DNA of 64,000 bases from positions 28,634,213 to 28,698,212 of the forward strand of contig OZ234493.1 in NCBI GenBank assembly GCA_965153455.1. Reading direction: 5' to 3'. This DNA comes from Sphagnum compactum (Eukaryota). The notes beneath the pieces are model-generated. The model was not told where the DNA came from and made no database searches. It was given only the letters and a program-made list of their open reading frames with translations. Made by a program: the position numbers and the translations under genes. Of the stretch, positions 37,673 through 50,950 are shown piece after piece; within the stretch, counting starts at the first letter, position 1; every line of letters starts with the position of its first letter.

Positions 37673-40600
37673 ATGAGGGAGGCTGAGGCTGCTGCTCCTC
37701 CTCCTAAGCGTTTTCGTCTCTCTATCAAGCGTCATCGGTCGAGTCTCCCTCCCCCGATTCCCAAAGATCCCGCTGATATACCGGCAACCTCTGCTATCGA
37801 CCATTTGAGCGATGGATCATCAAGGAGGAAGTCCTTGGCTGCGAGCTCGCAGCACGGGCCTTCTTCTTCTCCTTCGACTGCGAGAGGAGAACCAGTAGAC
37901 AATGCTGGAGACGTGTATCGTACTGCAGATAAATCTGTAGGAGCTTCACCCTTGAGCTCAGATGGATTTGCAGCCGGGAGCTTGGCTGCCGAGGAAATCT
38001 GCTTATTACGTCGATGTTCGTCCTCAGCCTCAGATTCCGGACCCTCAGAAGTTGCTGCTGCTGGTACTGTTCCAAGCTCAGGCAAGGTTCCAATCCTTCT
38101 TCTCTTCGGCTAATTCGGTACTAAGGCAAGTAGATCTCTCAAAGTCTCAGAATTACAGACTTTTTTCTCTTTTGGTTTCAATAGATGCAGCACTGTAGCA
38201 GCAGTCAGTGAATGCAAGGAGTGGAATTTGTGAAGCTGGTGATATGGATCTAGAGATAGCCTGACGATTGACTTGGGCATGGCAGAAGCAGAGGGGAAAA
38301 AGGAGAAAGACGAAGACTTTTTGGTACAGTGTTCACAACGCCTTCCATCAGAGTCAGCGGCGGCAGAAGTTCCTACTCATGATGCCGTAGTGGCTTTGGA
38401 AGAAGAAGAAGAAGAGGCAAGAGAGAATTTCAACTTCGTCCTAGAGCAGCAGCCTCTCGATGGAATCCCTTCCACACTGACGACATTTCATGATCTCTTG
38501 AATGAAATGGAGGCTCAGGAGTTGTTGGAGCATGAACCAAACGCTCCAAGCGACGCTGAGCAACTGGATGATGTGAATAACATTGCTGCAATGGATCCTG
38601 TCACCATTCCTGAAGATCCTGTTGTGATTCCTGAAGCTATGAGTGAGTTACTCAGTCTTCTTGGTACTGTGGACAATGCAAGTTTCAGAACAACTTTCCA
38701 GTTCCATTAACCCTTGATCATGGTTTCTCTGATGGAGATCCACTCTCTATCAGAGAAACAATGTTCCACTATTTTATCACTTGACAGTTGGAGCTTTGTG
38801 CCATGATCTGATGCTCTCTCAGTGTTGATATGATGCTTCTTATCATGCAGACAATGAGCCAATGGTTCAATCAAATACTGCTGCATGGGCACTGACAACT
38901 TTGGTACAAGAGCAGCAGCTCAGAGCACCTGAGGTGGTTGAAATCTCAGATGAAGAAAGGGCGGACAATGGGACTGCCGGAGTGAATACGGATATTGATG
39001 ATCTGGGAGGAGGCAATGGGTCTGGGCAACTGGATGATGATGATTTTCATGCTCCTTCCACCAATGCTGATTTTGCAGCTTTTGCTATTCCTGCAGGTGA
39101 GTAGAAATCTGAGGGTAGTGGATTATGTGAGAATCAGAGTTTTGTGGGCACTTCAGTTCTTTATGTGCAAGATGTTGTGTTTTACTCTTATATTGTTGAT
39201 GATTGTTGCAGGCAGTTTTAAGGATATGGACTCGAAGCCTGATCAAGTTAGCACTCAGAGGCCAGGAGATGGGGAACCAGATGTGGTCACATGTCCAATA
39301 TGCATGGAAGCATGGACGAGCATTGGGAGTCACCGCATTTGGTATCCTTTGTTTGCATTTGTTAAACCCTAAACCCATTCGTAGATATTTCCAGTGACAT
39401 GCTTGATTTCAGATGACTGGATTTTTCCTTGAGAGCTATAATATATCAAAGATGAAGTCAAATCTTGTGTCCTCTCTCAAGACATGAGCCTTAGGTTTAT
39501 CAATGGATCTCAAGGTGAGGTTTTGGCATTTGCAGCTCATTGGCATGTGGTCACTTGTTTGGAAAATCATGCATCAAGCGCTGGCTTAGACAGGCAGGCA
39601 AGAAGCAAGGGAAGGTACTACTGCCTTGAATTTATATTTTTCTTTGCAAGCTTCAACTCAGCAAGGGTATGATCAGTGAAAATAAACAATGTCACACCCC
39701 AATACAGTGCTTAGAAGGTATGGGAAACAACAACAATGCCTACGCAAGTATACACAAATGTTCATCCAGGAATATAGCCTGAAGTTTGCCATCACATTTT
39801 GTGGTGAACTTTGAACTTATATCAGGTGGTTTTGTGTTGTCTAGTGTCCACAATGCAACTGCCGGGCTAGAGTTGAGGACCTGCGTACGCTTTATGTTCC
39901 ACGAATTGCTGTAATTGATGGGGAGGGCCAGCAGATAATGCAAGTATGGAGCCTTCTGATTTGAAACTCCAGATTTTAAGAATGATTTGCTTGTGTCTAA
40001 GCTTAGGATTAGGTTTTTGGCGCAAGTCTAAGACTTGGGTTTTTTTTGTTGTTGTGTGAGAAGCAGGAAGTTGGGGTTTTGCGTGCTCAAAATGCACAAC
40101 TCAAGATGCAGGTATGCATTGTGAAAATCAACAGGTTAATGTGATATTCAGTTTCTCACCACTAGGTGAGAAAATTGTGTACAAAGAAGGGGTTGCAGTT
40201 GTGCCTACAAATCCACAGTGGACAGGCTTGCATACTTTTGCATGGCTAGTAGGTTTAAATCTAACAAACACTCTTTTAAAACCTGCTCTGTATGTCTGCA
40301 GATTTCTGAGCTGATGGAGGAGATTCACTGTTCACAGGTTTGTACTGTGAAATCTATTGATGTGGTTTACAAGAGCAATGTTAGTTGGAGGATATGTCAA
40401 CCAAGCATGTTCTCAAAGACTTGTTTGTTCCTAGGGTAGCATGATAGGGCTTTTAACTGTGTTGTTATACTTGAGGGACAAAAGCTTGATCTAGACAAAC
40501 ATTAATTACTGACTCATATGTGCTTGTACTTGTCTCTGACTGTGAAGATGTCTCATATCTTCAGCTGCAATTTCAAATGTTTGTCCAATGCTCTACACTC

Positions 40601-43309
40601 ACAAGTCTACAGTGGAAACAGCTTTGATAAGCTGTTTGTCTTCATCTTTGTGCAGGCTCTGCTTTCAGTGCTCTGTCCAGAGCAGCATGATGCTCTCAAT
40701 GCATTTCAATGGACACAATGTCAGCAACTTCAGAGAACACCAGAGAGTTTGAGAACCCTGCATCAACCCATACAACCCAGAATTATACCTGTTCCACCCT
40801 TACATCAGGTGGCTCACGAAAACCACAGGCAGTTTCCAACAAACATAGGTCAGGCTGACTTGAAAAACTGTAGGAAGTACCAGTCTCACAAACTACAGAC
40901 TCAATTTGCCCAGCATTCTTCTTGCAACTACACAGGAGGATCAGGTATGCGTAATCAAGCATCACCTGAGCTCAGGGTTTTGCAAGAGAGGAACATTTGG
41001 GGGCAGTCTTATGCCCTGGAGTCTTCAAGAATCTCAGAGTGTGCTGGAATTCGAGAACCCAGACAAGGAAAAAGGGATAGCACCCAAGCCAGGCCATTGC
41101 GGACATTTTCTTCTTTGGCATCAATTGGTAGTCGAGGCCTGAAAAGCACCTTTGTCCTCCAAGTAAGTTTAATTTTCATCATCTGAAGCACAGATTTCTT
41201 GCACAAAAAGTCATCCAGTTCAAGGCCTTTAAGTCACATGTCAAAGTCCAATTGTGCTGGAGTACGTTTGAAGTGTTGGGGGTGATGCTTCACTCATTTA
41301 TATTATTTTGGCAATGTCTAATACCAGGATGAAGTGCCATTGCAAGGTGCAAAAGTTTTTGATGTGAATGCACATAGCCAATTACTCCTTGTATCACACA
41401 AACCAGCTGATAGTGGGGCCAGCTCTGGCCTGATGAAGGTGCGACACTTTATTTCTCCCTTGAAGATTTATGAATGCCAATTAATTTCTGATGTTTGAGT
41501 GGATTGCCTGACTGGTAGCTTCTGAAGTATGATCTGGAATAACAGAGAAGGGTGGAAACAGATGAGCTTGATGGCATTATCTGAGGGTGAATGCATAGAT
41601 GTTCCTTCAGGAACAAGTGTCATCCGTGATATTCGTATTGCACCATCTGGCACTAGGGCTCCTGGAAGACTGGCATTGGTTGCTTCCTTAGGCAAGAAAT
41701 TGACTGTCTTCAGGTATGGGCACTTTTTTTGGCCCTCTTTCTCAATCTTATTTTGTGCTTGTTATTCAATCATCCTGGAAATCTCTGGATGAGTTTATGT
41801 ATTTTATGGATCTTGTCATGCTCTTGCTTCCTCATAATATCAGTGGTAGAAACTGGCTGAACAGATTTGTGTTATGTTTCTTGCAGTTTAGAGAGCAATA
41901 ATGTGGTCATCACATATGCTTTGCAGGTGTGCAGTCCTTACTTATTTCCTTTCTGACAAGAGCTGTGGAATATTTTCCTTTCCTCAGTTTTGCATACAAC
42001 TATTTATTCTTCATTTAGACCAAGGTTTTTGGAACTGATGGAAATGGGACCCCTCAATTGCAGAGCCCGTCCTGGTCATGTGCATGGGATCCCTGTGATC
42101 CGAATCAGGTCTACTCTGGTTTGCAGGTACTAAGATGGATCATCTTGAACTCATTTACTGTCTAGAGCTTCATATTGTTGGTAGCCTCAATCATGTACAG
42201 AAGCCCTTTCCCTCCAAACTGGGTGCTTCCTGTTTGAATGCTAGAGTAGTGATCTGTAGCCAACATATATGACATGGAAGTCAAAATTTGCAGAATGGAT
42301 CACTGCTGGTGTTTGATATGCGCCAAACAGGAGCACCGATAGCTACTCTGAAGGGTCCTAGCTGCAACCCCATTCACACACTCCAGCATGTTCCAGAGCA
42401 TTCAAGATTGGCTGAACAGGGCGAATCTGTCAAGGAGACAAGTGGCCTTCTGAGTGCATCTTGCAGCAGCCTCTGTTTCTGGTCGGACATCGGCTCTTCA
42501 AATCTCCAAACTGATGGGTACAGGCAAGCCCATTTTGTGCAAAATCCTCTGCAAGAACAAGTTTTTTTTCCCAGTAATGTCATGTAATATAATAAACCCT
42601 GGATCTTGCCTACGTATGTTGTTGCTATTATATTCAACTTTTGAGCTCGTCATTTTGTTTTGCCATTTCTTAATGCAGGCCAATGTGTCTGTCACAACCA
42701 GCAGAATCTTCAGTCTGTGTCTCACTTGCCTACAATGCAGTGATTGACATGGCTGTTGCATCCTTCAGGCCAAAACCAACCCAATTTGTTGATGTTGAAG
42801 CCCGATCCACATCATCTCCCTCACCCACTTTGTCCTCCCCAGCAGAAGTACCTAGTCAGCCCACTGACTCCTTAGGTTTGCCTGAAGACATGGGGCTATT
42901 ACCTTCTCACATTTCTTACAGCAGGAAACCAAAGTCTCCATTCCCTGCTGAAGACAAGGATAGAAGTACAGTGCTTCATGAACCAAGTTTTTTTTGGGAG
43001 CAGCAAGGTCGCATGGTTGGGCACAAGAGCCAGAGAGTGATGTCAAGGTCTGCAATTGTCAGTGAATGGCAACCTGATCAAGCCTCAGGCAGCAGAACAA
43101 ATCCTGAGACTGGCTCCTTGTATGCATTTGGAGATGAGGGAAGTAATTCTGTCTGGCTTTGGGACTTGGTTTCGAGAGCCAAGACCCAGTCCCTCATTCC
43201 TCATCACTCTCCCGTGCTTGACATCAGGAGTGTGCATACTGCTGGAGCTGATATTCTTGGCTGTATTAGTGAACGAACTTTGCAGGTTTACAGAAGGTTG
43301 CCACCATAG
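37673..43309 (+). CDS. RFWD3: RING finger and WD40 repeat E3 ubiquitin ligase, RFWD3-like; multi-exon, with a long acidic low-complexity N-terminus
   Basis: RING split over exons 39212-39341, ~39535-39613 and ~39845-39943: [34 protein letters not shown]...CPQC, the RFWD3-type CGHLFG..CI..WL signature. WD40-like exons IRDIRIAP..LALVASLGKKLTVF, WSCAWDP..NQVYSGLQNGSLLVFDMRQT, LYAFGDEGSNSVWLWDL..HHSPVLDIR. The start and the first exons are less certain. Confidence 0.88.
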
Positions 43310-44344
43310 ATTTTCCAGAGGAACTGAGAACCCATCTGGTTCCTAATCATTTTGGGCTTGCATGGTTTCAATCAGTTGCAGATAGGGGACAGGTGCTGTA
43401 TCTTATCAACCTTCAGGAGAATTGCAGAACCAAAATTGCTCTCTATGACAATCTGGACATCTGCTGAGGTTAGAAAGTTGACACCTTGCTTATTTGCTAA
43501 CTCAAAGCTCAAGAAACTTTTTGAGCTTTCTGGGTTTCTCTTCTTCACAGACGTAGTACAGTAGCAACCAGAATCGGTCAGCTCTCCATGTTTAAGAAAG
43601 AGAAAGTCCAGTTCCAGTCATGTAGTCGCAACTGGTGTTAGCTAGTTCTCTGTGGATATTCTCTGGTTCCAGTTTAGATCTTGTCTTTGTAAATTTGATG
43701 GAACCTCTGGATGAGGTTTTGAGCAAGTTTTGATATATGCCAAAGTTCAGCAGCAAAAGACTTGTATGTATTGGGTAATGGCCATTGGGAGGATCCCACT
43801 GAGTGGTGGGCGGGCTGTGAACCAGGTATGACCACTGGTCATTATCTGACCTTAATGGCACACAGGAGAGATCTTATCTGTTGTGGCATTTTGAACAGTT
43901 ACCCCATTTTATTTGGTTTGATATTTCATGTTTATGAGTGTTGGATGCAGTAGAGCAGCACATACAAGATTCTTAAATTTTCTGCTCTCCTCTTTGATCT
44001 GTTGCCAAATTTGGCTAATTTTTATTGTGTACAATTTGCCTGTTTGGCTACATTATAAAATCAGAAAAAAAAAAACTCTGTAGCAGATTGATGCATGCTT
44101 CTTTTAATGCAACGATATTGTGTCTCAAAATAATTCTAATGCATGTACAAAATGAAATCGTGAAGATTAAGTCTGTTCACTTGTGGAAAAGTGTGTCGCA
44201 CATAACAATAGAAGAGAGATAAAGTAAACCCAGCAAAACTTTGTTCCTTTCACAAAGCTTTTTAGCACAGAAGGAAAGCAACCCAAGCCTCTCCTCAGAG
44301 TATTGTGGTCTAAACCCTAACTCTATAATATGTTATAAAAAAGC

Positions 44345-46567
44345 TTAAGAAGAAGCTACTCCTGACGGTAGAGTATAAACAGCGATTTGGGGCAAAAGAA
44401 CAGATCCGATATAAAGCTTTCCATCATACTCTTCCACTTCACTTGGCAATCGAACCACTTGGCCTGTCTGATCCTCAAGGACCTCCTTCACACTCCCGTC
44501 AGCACCATAACGTATGATCATTGCATGTGGCTTCCCAATGGCAAGCTGGTACAAGTAGCTTTGTGGGATAGGAAGTCGACCCAGGAGATAGCGTAGCCAT
44601 GGAAGAGTCCCCAGATAAGTGTCAGGCGCGTAGCGAACCGCATGCAAAGCTACCCAAAAATCACCGTTTTCATTGCGTCGGACATTGTCTGGCCATCCTG
44701 GCAAGATCACAAATGTCTCATGTGTGCCTGCCTTCTCTCCCTTCAGCCAGAATCGCACCAACCTGTCCTCAATTCAATGGCAAAAACAGATGATCGAATT
44801 ATCAAGACAAAGCACTTGTATCCACAAAGAAATTGCAAAGAAATATCTCTTTGACAACAATTTGAAGGTTGTTCGACAATGAGTGCAATCATGTAACTTC
44901 CTCATGAGAGGGTCACTCACAAGACATCAAGACAAGCACCAGGGTTGTAAAGTTGCTGATTGCATACTACATACAGGATTGCACATGGACACTGTGTAGA
45001 TCATGAAGAATTGAAGCTCAAAACGTTGTCAATCAGGCACCAGTAGTTATTTAGTTGTCAGTGCACTCACAAAGCTGAGTTTGAGGAGCTCCAAAACCAA
45101 ATTGAGGAAGTTTGAAATTCTTAAAGTTTCTGGGATTATTAGTGATATACAATGAGTTCAAGATTGAGTCTATTATCCCTGAAGAAATTGTGGAAGATTT
45201 TTCTTTTTCTTTTTCCCATTGTACCTGCCATTTCTGGTGTCGCAAATCACAATAAATGTGCCATCTTTACTGACAGCCAGCCCATTGGAAACACGCAAAT
45301 TGTTGATGAGAACGGTGGTTTGTTTTGTGGCAGGATCATACTTCACAAATCTGCCGGTGTCATCTCCTTCAAAACTTGCAATGAAAAATTGCCTGTCAAA
45401 AAATTTCCGCACCGAAATCAGTTTCAGTTTCTGAGATAAAGAAGAAAGATTCTATAGCAGGAGCAGATCCCATTACCCATCTTGCCAGTTCCATTGTACA
45501 GATTCTACAGCAGCAGATCCCATCAACAGTTCCTCAATTCCAGTGCAAGAAGATTCTACAACAGCGGATCCCATCAGCATATACTCAATTCCAGCATAAA
45601 AGATTCCCATCATCAACATGTCCTCCTCAATTTCAGTGTCAGATTCTTGAAGAAATTCGTGACAGAAGTTTCTTCATGTTCGAGAGACCTGTGAAGGTCC
45701 CTTATGCCTGAGTATTATCATCTGTTTTTTGTTTGTTCCTTCCTTACCTGCGATGCCATTTGGTGCTGCTGTCAGTGAAATACAAGACGCCATCTTCATC
45801 AAAGTCAAGATCATTGCAGAATTTCATGGGGACGCCGTCAATCTCTGCAACAACGGACTCTGCCTGACCTCCTTCCGGTCCCACCTTGAGTATCCCCAAG
45901 TATGCATCTGCAATCCAGAGATCGCCTGTCTTCTTGTTGAAGCGCAGACCCAAGGGACGCCCACAAATATGCTCAAATGCCAGATTCGGAGCTGGCGGAT
46001 TCTTGGGGGCACAAATTTCTGACCTAATTTGTATGACCCACCACCACCCCCACAAACAAATTGCACACAGTTTTCAACCTGAAGAATCAATCCTTCATTC
46101 AATAAACAAAACACATGATCCACAGTCTCAATAAACCCTCAACTGTAAGAACTCACAACTGGCAGCAGCAGCAGCAAGAAGAACACCGACCCAAGAAAGG
46201 GATTTGGGACTATTTTTGGGTTCAGCTACCTGTTTTTGGAAGTGTATGCAAATGTGGACCATCCAAGCTCTGGGCCATCATATCTGATGACTGTGCCATC
46301 GCTGACACCCGTATAAGGCCCTCTTCCTTGGGAATCAAACACGAAGCTCTCGGGTCCAAGAAAGGGGCCTCTCCAAATCTCTGCTTTCTGGAGCTTGTTC
46401 TCGGTGTCCCTTATCAAATTGTCCATCACATGAGACGGAGCTGGTGCCAAATACTGTGGTTTGAAATTCTTCTCTCTTCCTGCTAGTGACAGCTTCCATG
46501 GATCAGTACCCAAATACCATGCTGCAGCTGTGATGACTAACAACACGATTATACTCATTGTTGCCAT
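44345..46567 (-). CDS. Strictosidine synthase-like protein (SSL/LAP3-type six-bladed beta-propeller). Exons 46567-46230, 46023-45748, 45392-45225, 44762-44345.
   Basis: N-terminal hydrophobic anchor. Motifs GPESFVFDSQGRGPYTGVSDG, EHICGRPLGLRFNKKTGDLWIADAYLG, NDLDFDEDGVLYFTDSS, NGLAVSKDG, LPGWPDNVRRNENGDFWVA, SEVEEYDGKLYIGSV. Phase-consistent GT-AG introns. Confidence 0.95.
45445..45650. repeat. ~50-bp degenerate tandem repeat (about 4 copies) in SSL intron 2
   Basis: AGATTCTA.A.CAG..G.AGATCCCAT.A.CA..T.CTCAATTCCAG recurs at ~45447, 45500, 45551, 45601. Confidence 0.75.
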
Positions 46568-49500
46568 CTTGATTGATTCTTTCTTTCCTCCTCTCCTGCT
46601 GCTTCCCTTACCTCCCACTCCTGGCCCCCCCAAAAGACCTTTCCAAGCTCTTCTCTTTTGTTTGTTGCTGCAGAGTACTAATTCAGACCTTCAAGCAAGT
46701 TCTCTCTCTCTCTCTCTCACTCTCTGTCATTCCCCTGCTAAGCAAACAAAGCTCAAAGCTAAGAAGCTCAGAAGCTCAGAGCTCAAAGCTCAAAAGCTCA
46801 GAGCTCAAAGTTCAAAGCTTCTACCACTCCTCCTGCTGCTTGCAGATCTTGAGCTTTAATGATGCTCTGATATCTGGCAAACGGAAGATTTAGGAGTGAA
46901 GAAGACTCAGGATGATGAAGAAGAATAAGAAGAGGAAGACTGAAGACTGTGTGAGTCAATGTGAGAAGTCAATTTGGGTCTAGTCAAAGTTGATACACAG
47001 ATGGACCAAACCTACCATTACTGTTGACTCATCATGAGTCCATCATGAGTCAGGAACCAGAAAAATAATTATCCTAAATTTAAATTACCATGATATTTAG
47101 CATTGAAAATTAAGTAATAATAAAATAATAAAATGATAAATAAAATAAAAGTCAAATTAAAATTTGAAATAATTGAAAATTAGTAATGATGATACTATCA
47201 AATTTATTAAATCGTTTTATCATAATAGAAAATTTTAAGAATAATAAAATAATCATTTTTAATCATTTTTTAATAGTAGGAATAGTAATAATGATATAAT
47301 GGTGATTTCTTTAACACCCTGTTTTGGTTTTGGGGTTTTGTTGAATTGTTTGATTTTGCCACTTTAAAAGGAGAGAAAGTTCATAGTTGAACAAATATGA
47401 TACTTTCATTAGGGTTTTGAGAACATTAAGAGTCTCCAGTTTGACCTTTTGTATTCAATGTGTGATTTTGGTGTCATATGAGGATGACAAAGTAAGGCAT
47501 GTGCTTTTGGACATTGAGAACACAAGGAGAGAGAGAGAGAGAAACCCATTGAAAGAAACAAAGAAAGACTTTTTTTGGTAAATAGAAAGGGAAATATAAA
47601 GGCATACTTTTACTTCAAATCACACACACAAATGTCTAGATTCTTATGCGAGGTAACGAAGGGTCATTCTCGCGGGGTTTTGGTATATATTGTAGTTAGT
47701 GCATTCTAGACAATAGCTCATTTGTGATAGATGACAACTCTTTTGTTTTAGGTTTTCTTTGTCATTGTTCATTGTCATTTTGTACTCACGAGTCCTCTTT
47801 GCATTGGGTTTTTACCCATTTTTGTTGATTGCTTGCTTTTATTTTTTCTTTGGGTGGTTTCTTTTTGCCTTGTACTCTTGTTGGATGGGTTCCTTGATTT
47901 TTATTTACATGGTTTTTCTTCTTTTTTGGTATAGGAGAAGAGTTTTAATTTAGGCCCTTCACATGTGTAAAGAATTGATAGTTTTTTTTGTTTTTGGGAA
48001 GCTTGGAGACATCATGCGACATAATGTGACTCTTGTTTTTTTCAATCTAGGAGAGCTTTCGTGCAATTACATTGTTTCCATTCATTTACATTGTGCAATT
48101 CTTGTTTTTTACGACTTGGAGAGTTTTTGAGAGCTTTTATGTAACTAAGTTGTTCCAATTCATCAACATTATGGTGATTTTTATCTTGGAGTTTGTCATG
48201 GTTTTTATGTTCTTCTTTTTTGTTTCATGGTGCTTTTCATGCTTTTATTTAGTACTTTTTGTGCATTTTTTTTTTTTGGGGCATCAATTTTTCACTTTGT
48301 TTTTTCTTTGCATTTTTTGTTTTTTATTATATGTTTGCCTATGTTCAGGCGAGGACTAACATTATTTGATCATTTTGGTCATTTTGTTTCTTTAAGTGTG
48401 TTAGTTTAGTTGGTCGGTTAGGTTTCAATTAGTTAAGGATAAATCAAGTTAGCTTAATTGTTAAGGTTTAGATTTCAAATTAGTTCAAATGTGAATAAGG
48501 TTCAAAATATTATGTGGATAGAATATAATCCTAGTTTGTGTGATTTAAAATCACTTTTGATGACTTGAAATTCCAACACTAGTGTTATATGCAAATTTCA
48601 TATGTTTTGTACATGGTGTTAGTTTTTGCAATTTTGTGTGAAAATGTTGGATTTGAATTCCTTGTTTTCTTTGCAAATGAGTGATTATTTTGGTTTCGAC
48701 ATGGTGTAACAATCCAAATATTTTCATGTTATGTTTTATATGTGTGATGATGGTCATAGTTGTAAACGTCAACATAGGAATGCATGACATGTTTGTTTTG
48801 TGCTTCTTGTTTTTTATGCAAGTGAGGGTGAACATTGTTGCATTTTTTAATTCGTTTTATTATGTAGGTGTGGTTCCCATTACAATAGTTCTTTTTGAAG
48901 ATTATATATATATAGTTGTTTGTTGTTGTGTTTTTTAGTTTAGGTTGTTTACATGTTATGAACATGTGTTTTTTCCTTTTTTGTGTCAATGTTGACATCA
49001 ATGCATAATTGTTGCATTGTGTCATGTCATTTTCATTTTGTGTCAATGCTTGCCTTATGAAAGTGGTTTTTTCGACTTATGCAATTTTGAATTTTTTTAT
49101 TTTTTTTAATGTGTTGGCGCCAACATTTTTATCATGTGGTGGAAAATGTTAAGTTTTTGAGTGAACTTTAACATCTAGGTTGGTATTGTGATTTTTTTTG
49201 GTATGTTTTTTCATCGTTTTTTTCTTTTTGTTTTAACAATTTCCACGATTAACAAACCAATTTTGAAAAGCTATGTAATGAGGGTTTTTCAATATCATTG
49301 TTGAAACCCTAATTGATATTTTTCTTACACTATTCACACTATTCATATTTAGTGAATTGATTGATCTATTAGTTTTTGGACACATCATCTACATCATCTT
49401 TGACTACAAATATTGGTGATTTGTTGTGGTCTAATGATGGGTTTGAAATTTATGTGTAGTCTCCTTGTTTTCTTAAATCTAATGAATTGCATCTTGAAGT

Positions 49501-49689
49501 AGATGTTAATTTGTTTGCACATTAACCTTTATATTTTGATAAATCTTGAAAACTTTGACATCATTAATCCTAATTTTTTGGTAATGATTATATTGGTGAT
49601 CCCAACTTTGAAATCATTTAATTTTGTTGATGAGTATGACTATGAATATCCTATTAGTGAAGTATGTTTGAATCTTCATTTTAATATTA

Positions 49690-50330
49690 ATGAGAAATAT
49701 ATGGAGAATGTCAACAAAGGGGGGGTTCACAGAGCAAGTAAGCATATTGAACTTTGGGCAAGGAATGCATTGGACAAATGGAGAATGTCTCATGGTTTTG
49801 ATATTGGAAAGTTCATGGTAAATCTCTTGGGAAGTGAAAACCCTAAAGGATTTTGTGCACTTGTTTTTATTTGTTTTAGAGATGATAAAAAGGTATTAAT
49901 TTCAATGTAATTTTGATTTTGATTTTTTTGGGGTCATTGATTAAGGTTTAAAAAAATTGTGTTGTGCTTTTTAATGCAACATCCAATCCTTGACAAAAGG
50001 CATATTAATCAAATAGATCAACATGTTGAACCTAGTAAATCACATGTAGTTTGACATTTTCACTAATGTGAAGTACCACCATGTGTAGGTTGTGAGTGAT
50101 GAAACAATTTTGTGAACGTCGATAGTTGGTTTTGAGAAGTTTATTCATAAATCTAATGTGTTATATATTGAAGAGGAACAAAGGATGTTGGCAAAAGTAA
50201 AAATAATCCATTAAGCGACATTTTTAGTTGGTTTGAATTTGATATTTTCATTTGAACAAATTTTTTATCATGGGATGTTATAACTTCCAAAGCATGTATT
50301 TTGATGAATTTAGTTTATTATATTTACCTA
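49690..50330 (+). pseudogene. Degenerate Crypton-like (tyrosine recombinase/DUF3504-type) relic
   Basis: ..HRASKHIELWARNALDKWRMSHGFDIGKFMVNLL.. resembles NT...T.WA.N.F.EWR...G. Then SIVGFEKFIHKSNVLYIEEEQRML...NKFFIMG resembles G.G....A..I..EEE..L...F.LRG. Many stops. Confidence 0.5.
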
Positions 50331-50479
50331 CTAGTGTCATTCTTTGATTTTGTCAAGGAGTTTCAAAGAATTGGCTCATAAATATCATTATTTGTTTTGT
50401 AAATTAACATTGAATTCCAATTGATTGTTTTGTTGATGATGTGGTTACAACTAACATCATTTCTACTATGCTAGTTGTG

Positions 50480-50950
50480 TTGGACCTTTGATTTGAGCTT
50501 TGCCTATTTAATTGATTATTATTTTATTTTTTTGAAGTTGAACTTTGTTTTGCCATGCCATTTGGATTTGAGTTTTGTTGATTTAGTTGTTATAAGGAGA
50601 TGCACTACCTAATGAATTGAGGTTGAATCATATTTGGCCATGCCATTGTGAACATTTGATTTACGCTTTGTTGATTTAGTATTTTCAAAAGTTGCATTTC
50701 TTGCATTGAAGTTGACTCCATTTTGTTGTACTACTTTTGCTAGGCTTGATTTGAGGTTTTGAGCTTTGTTGATTTAGTTGTGTTAGGAGTTGCACTTTTT
50801 ACATTGAGGATGAACTCCATTTTGCTAGTCCATTTTTTGTTGAAGATTTAATTTGAGGCTTGAACTTTGTTGATTTAGTTGTTTTAAAAGATGCACCTCT
50901 TGCATTGAGGATGAATTCCATTCTACCATGCTAGTTTTGGATAGACTTTG
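50480..50950. repeat. ~90-100-bp degenerate tandem repeat (about 5 copies)
   Basis: TTTGATTTGAG.TTTGTTGATTTAGTTG....AG.TGCAC....TTGA.G.TGAA.TCCATTTTG recurs. Confidence 0.75.

Noticed and set aside
39535-39613. RING apparently missing a zinc ligand (CGHLFGKSC)
   Set aside because: This is the normal RFWD3-type RING variant, not a defect.
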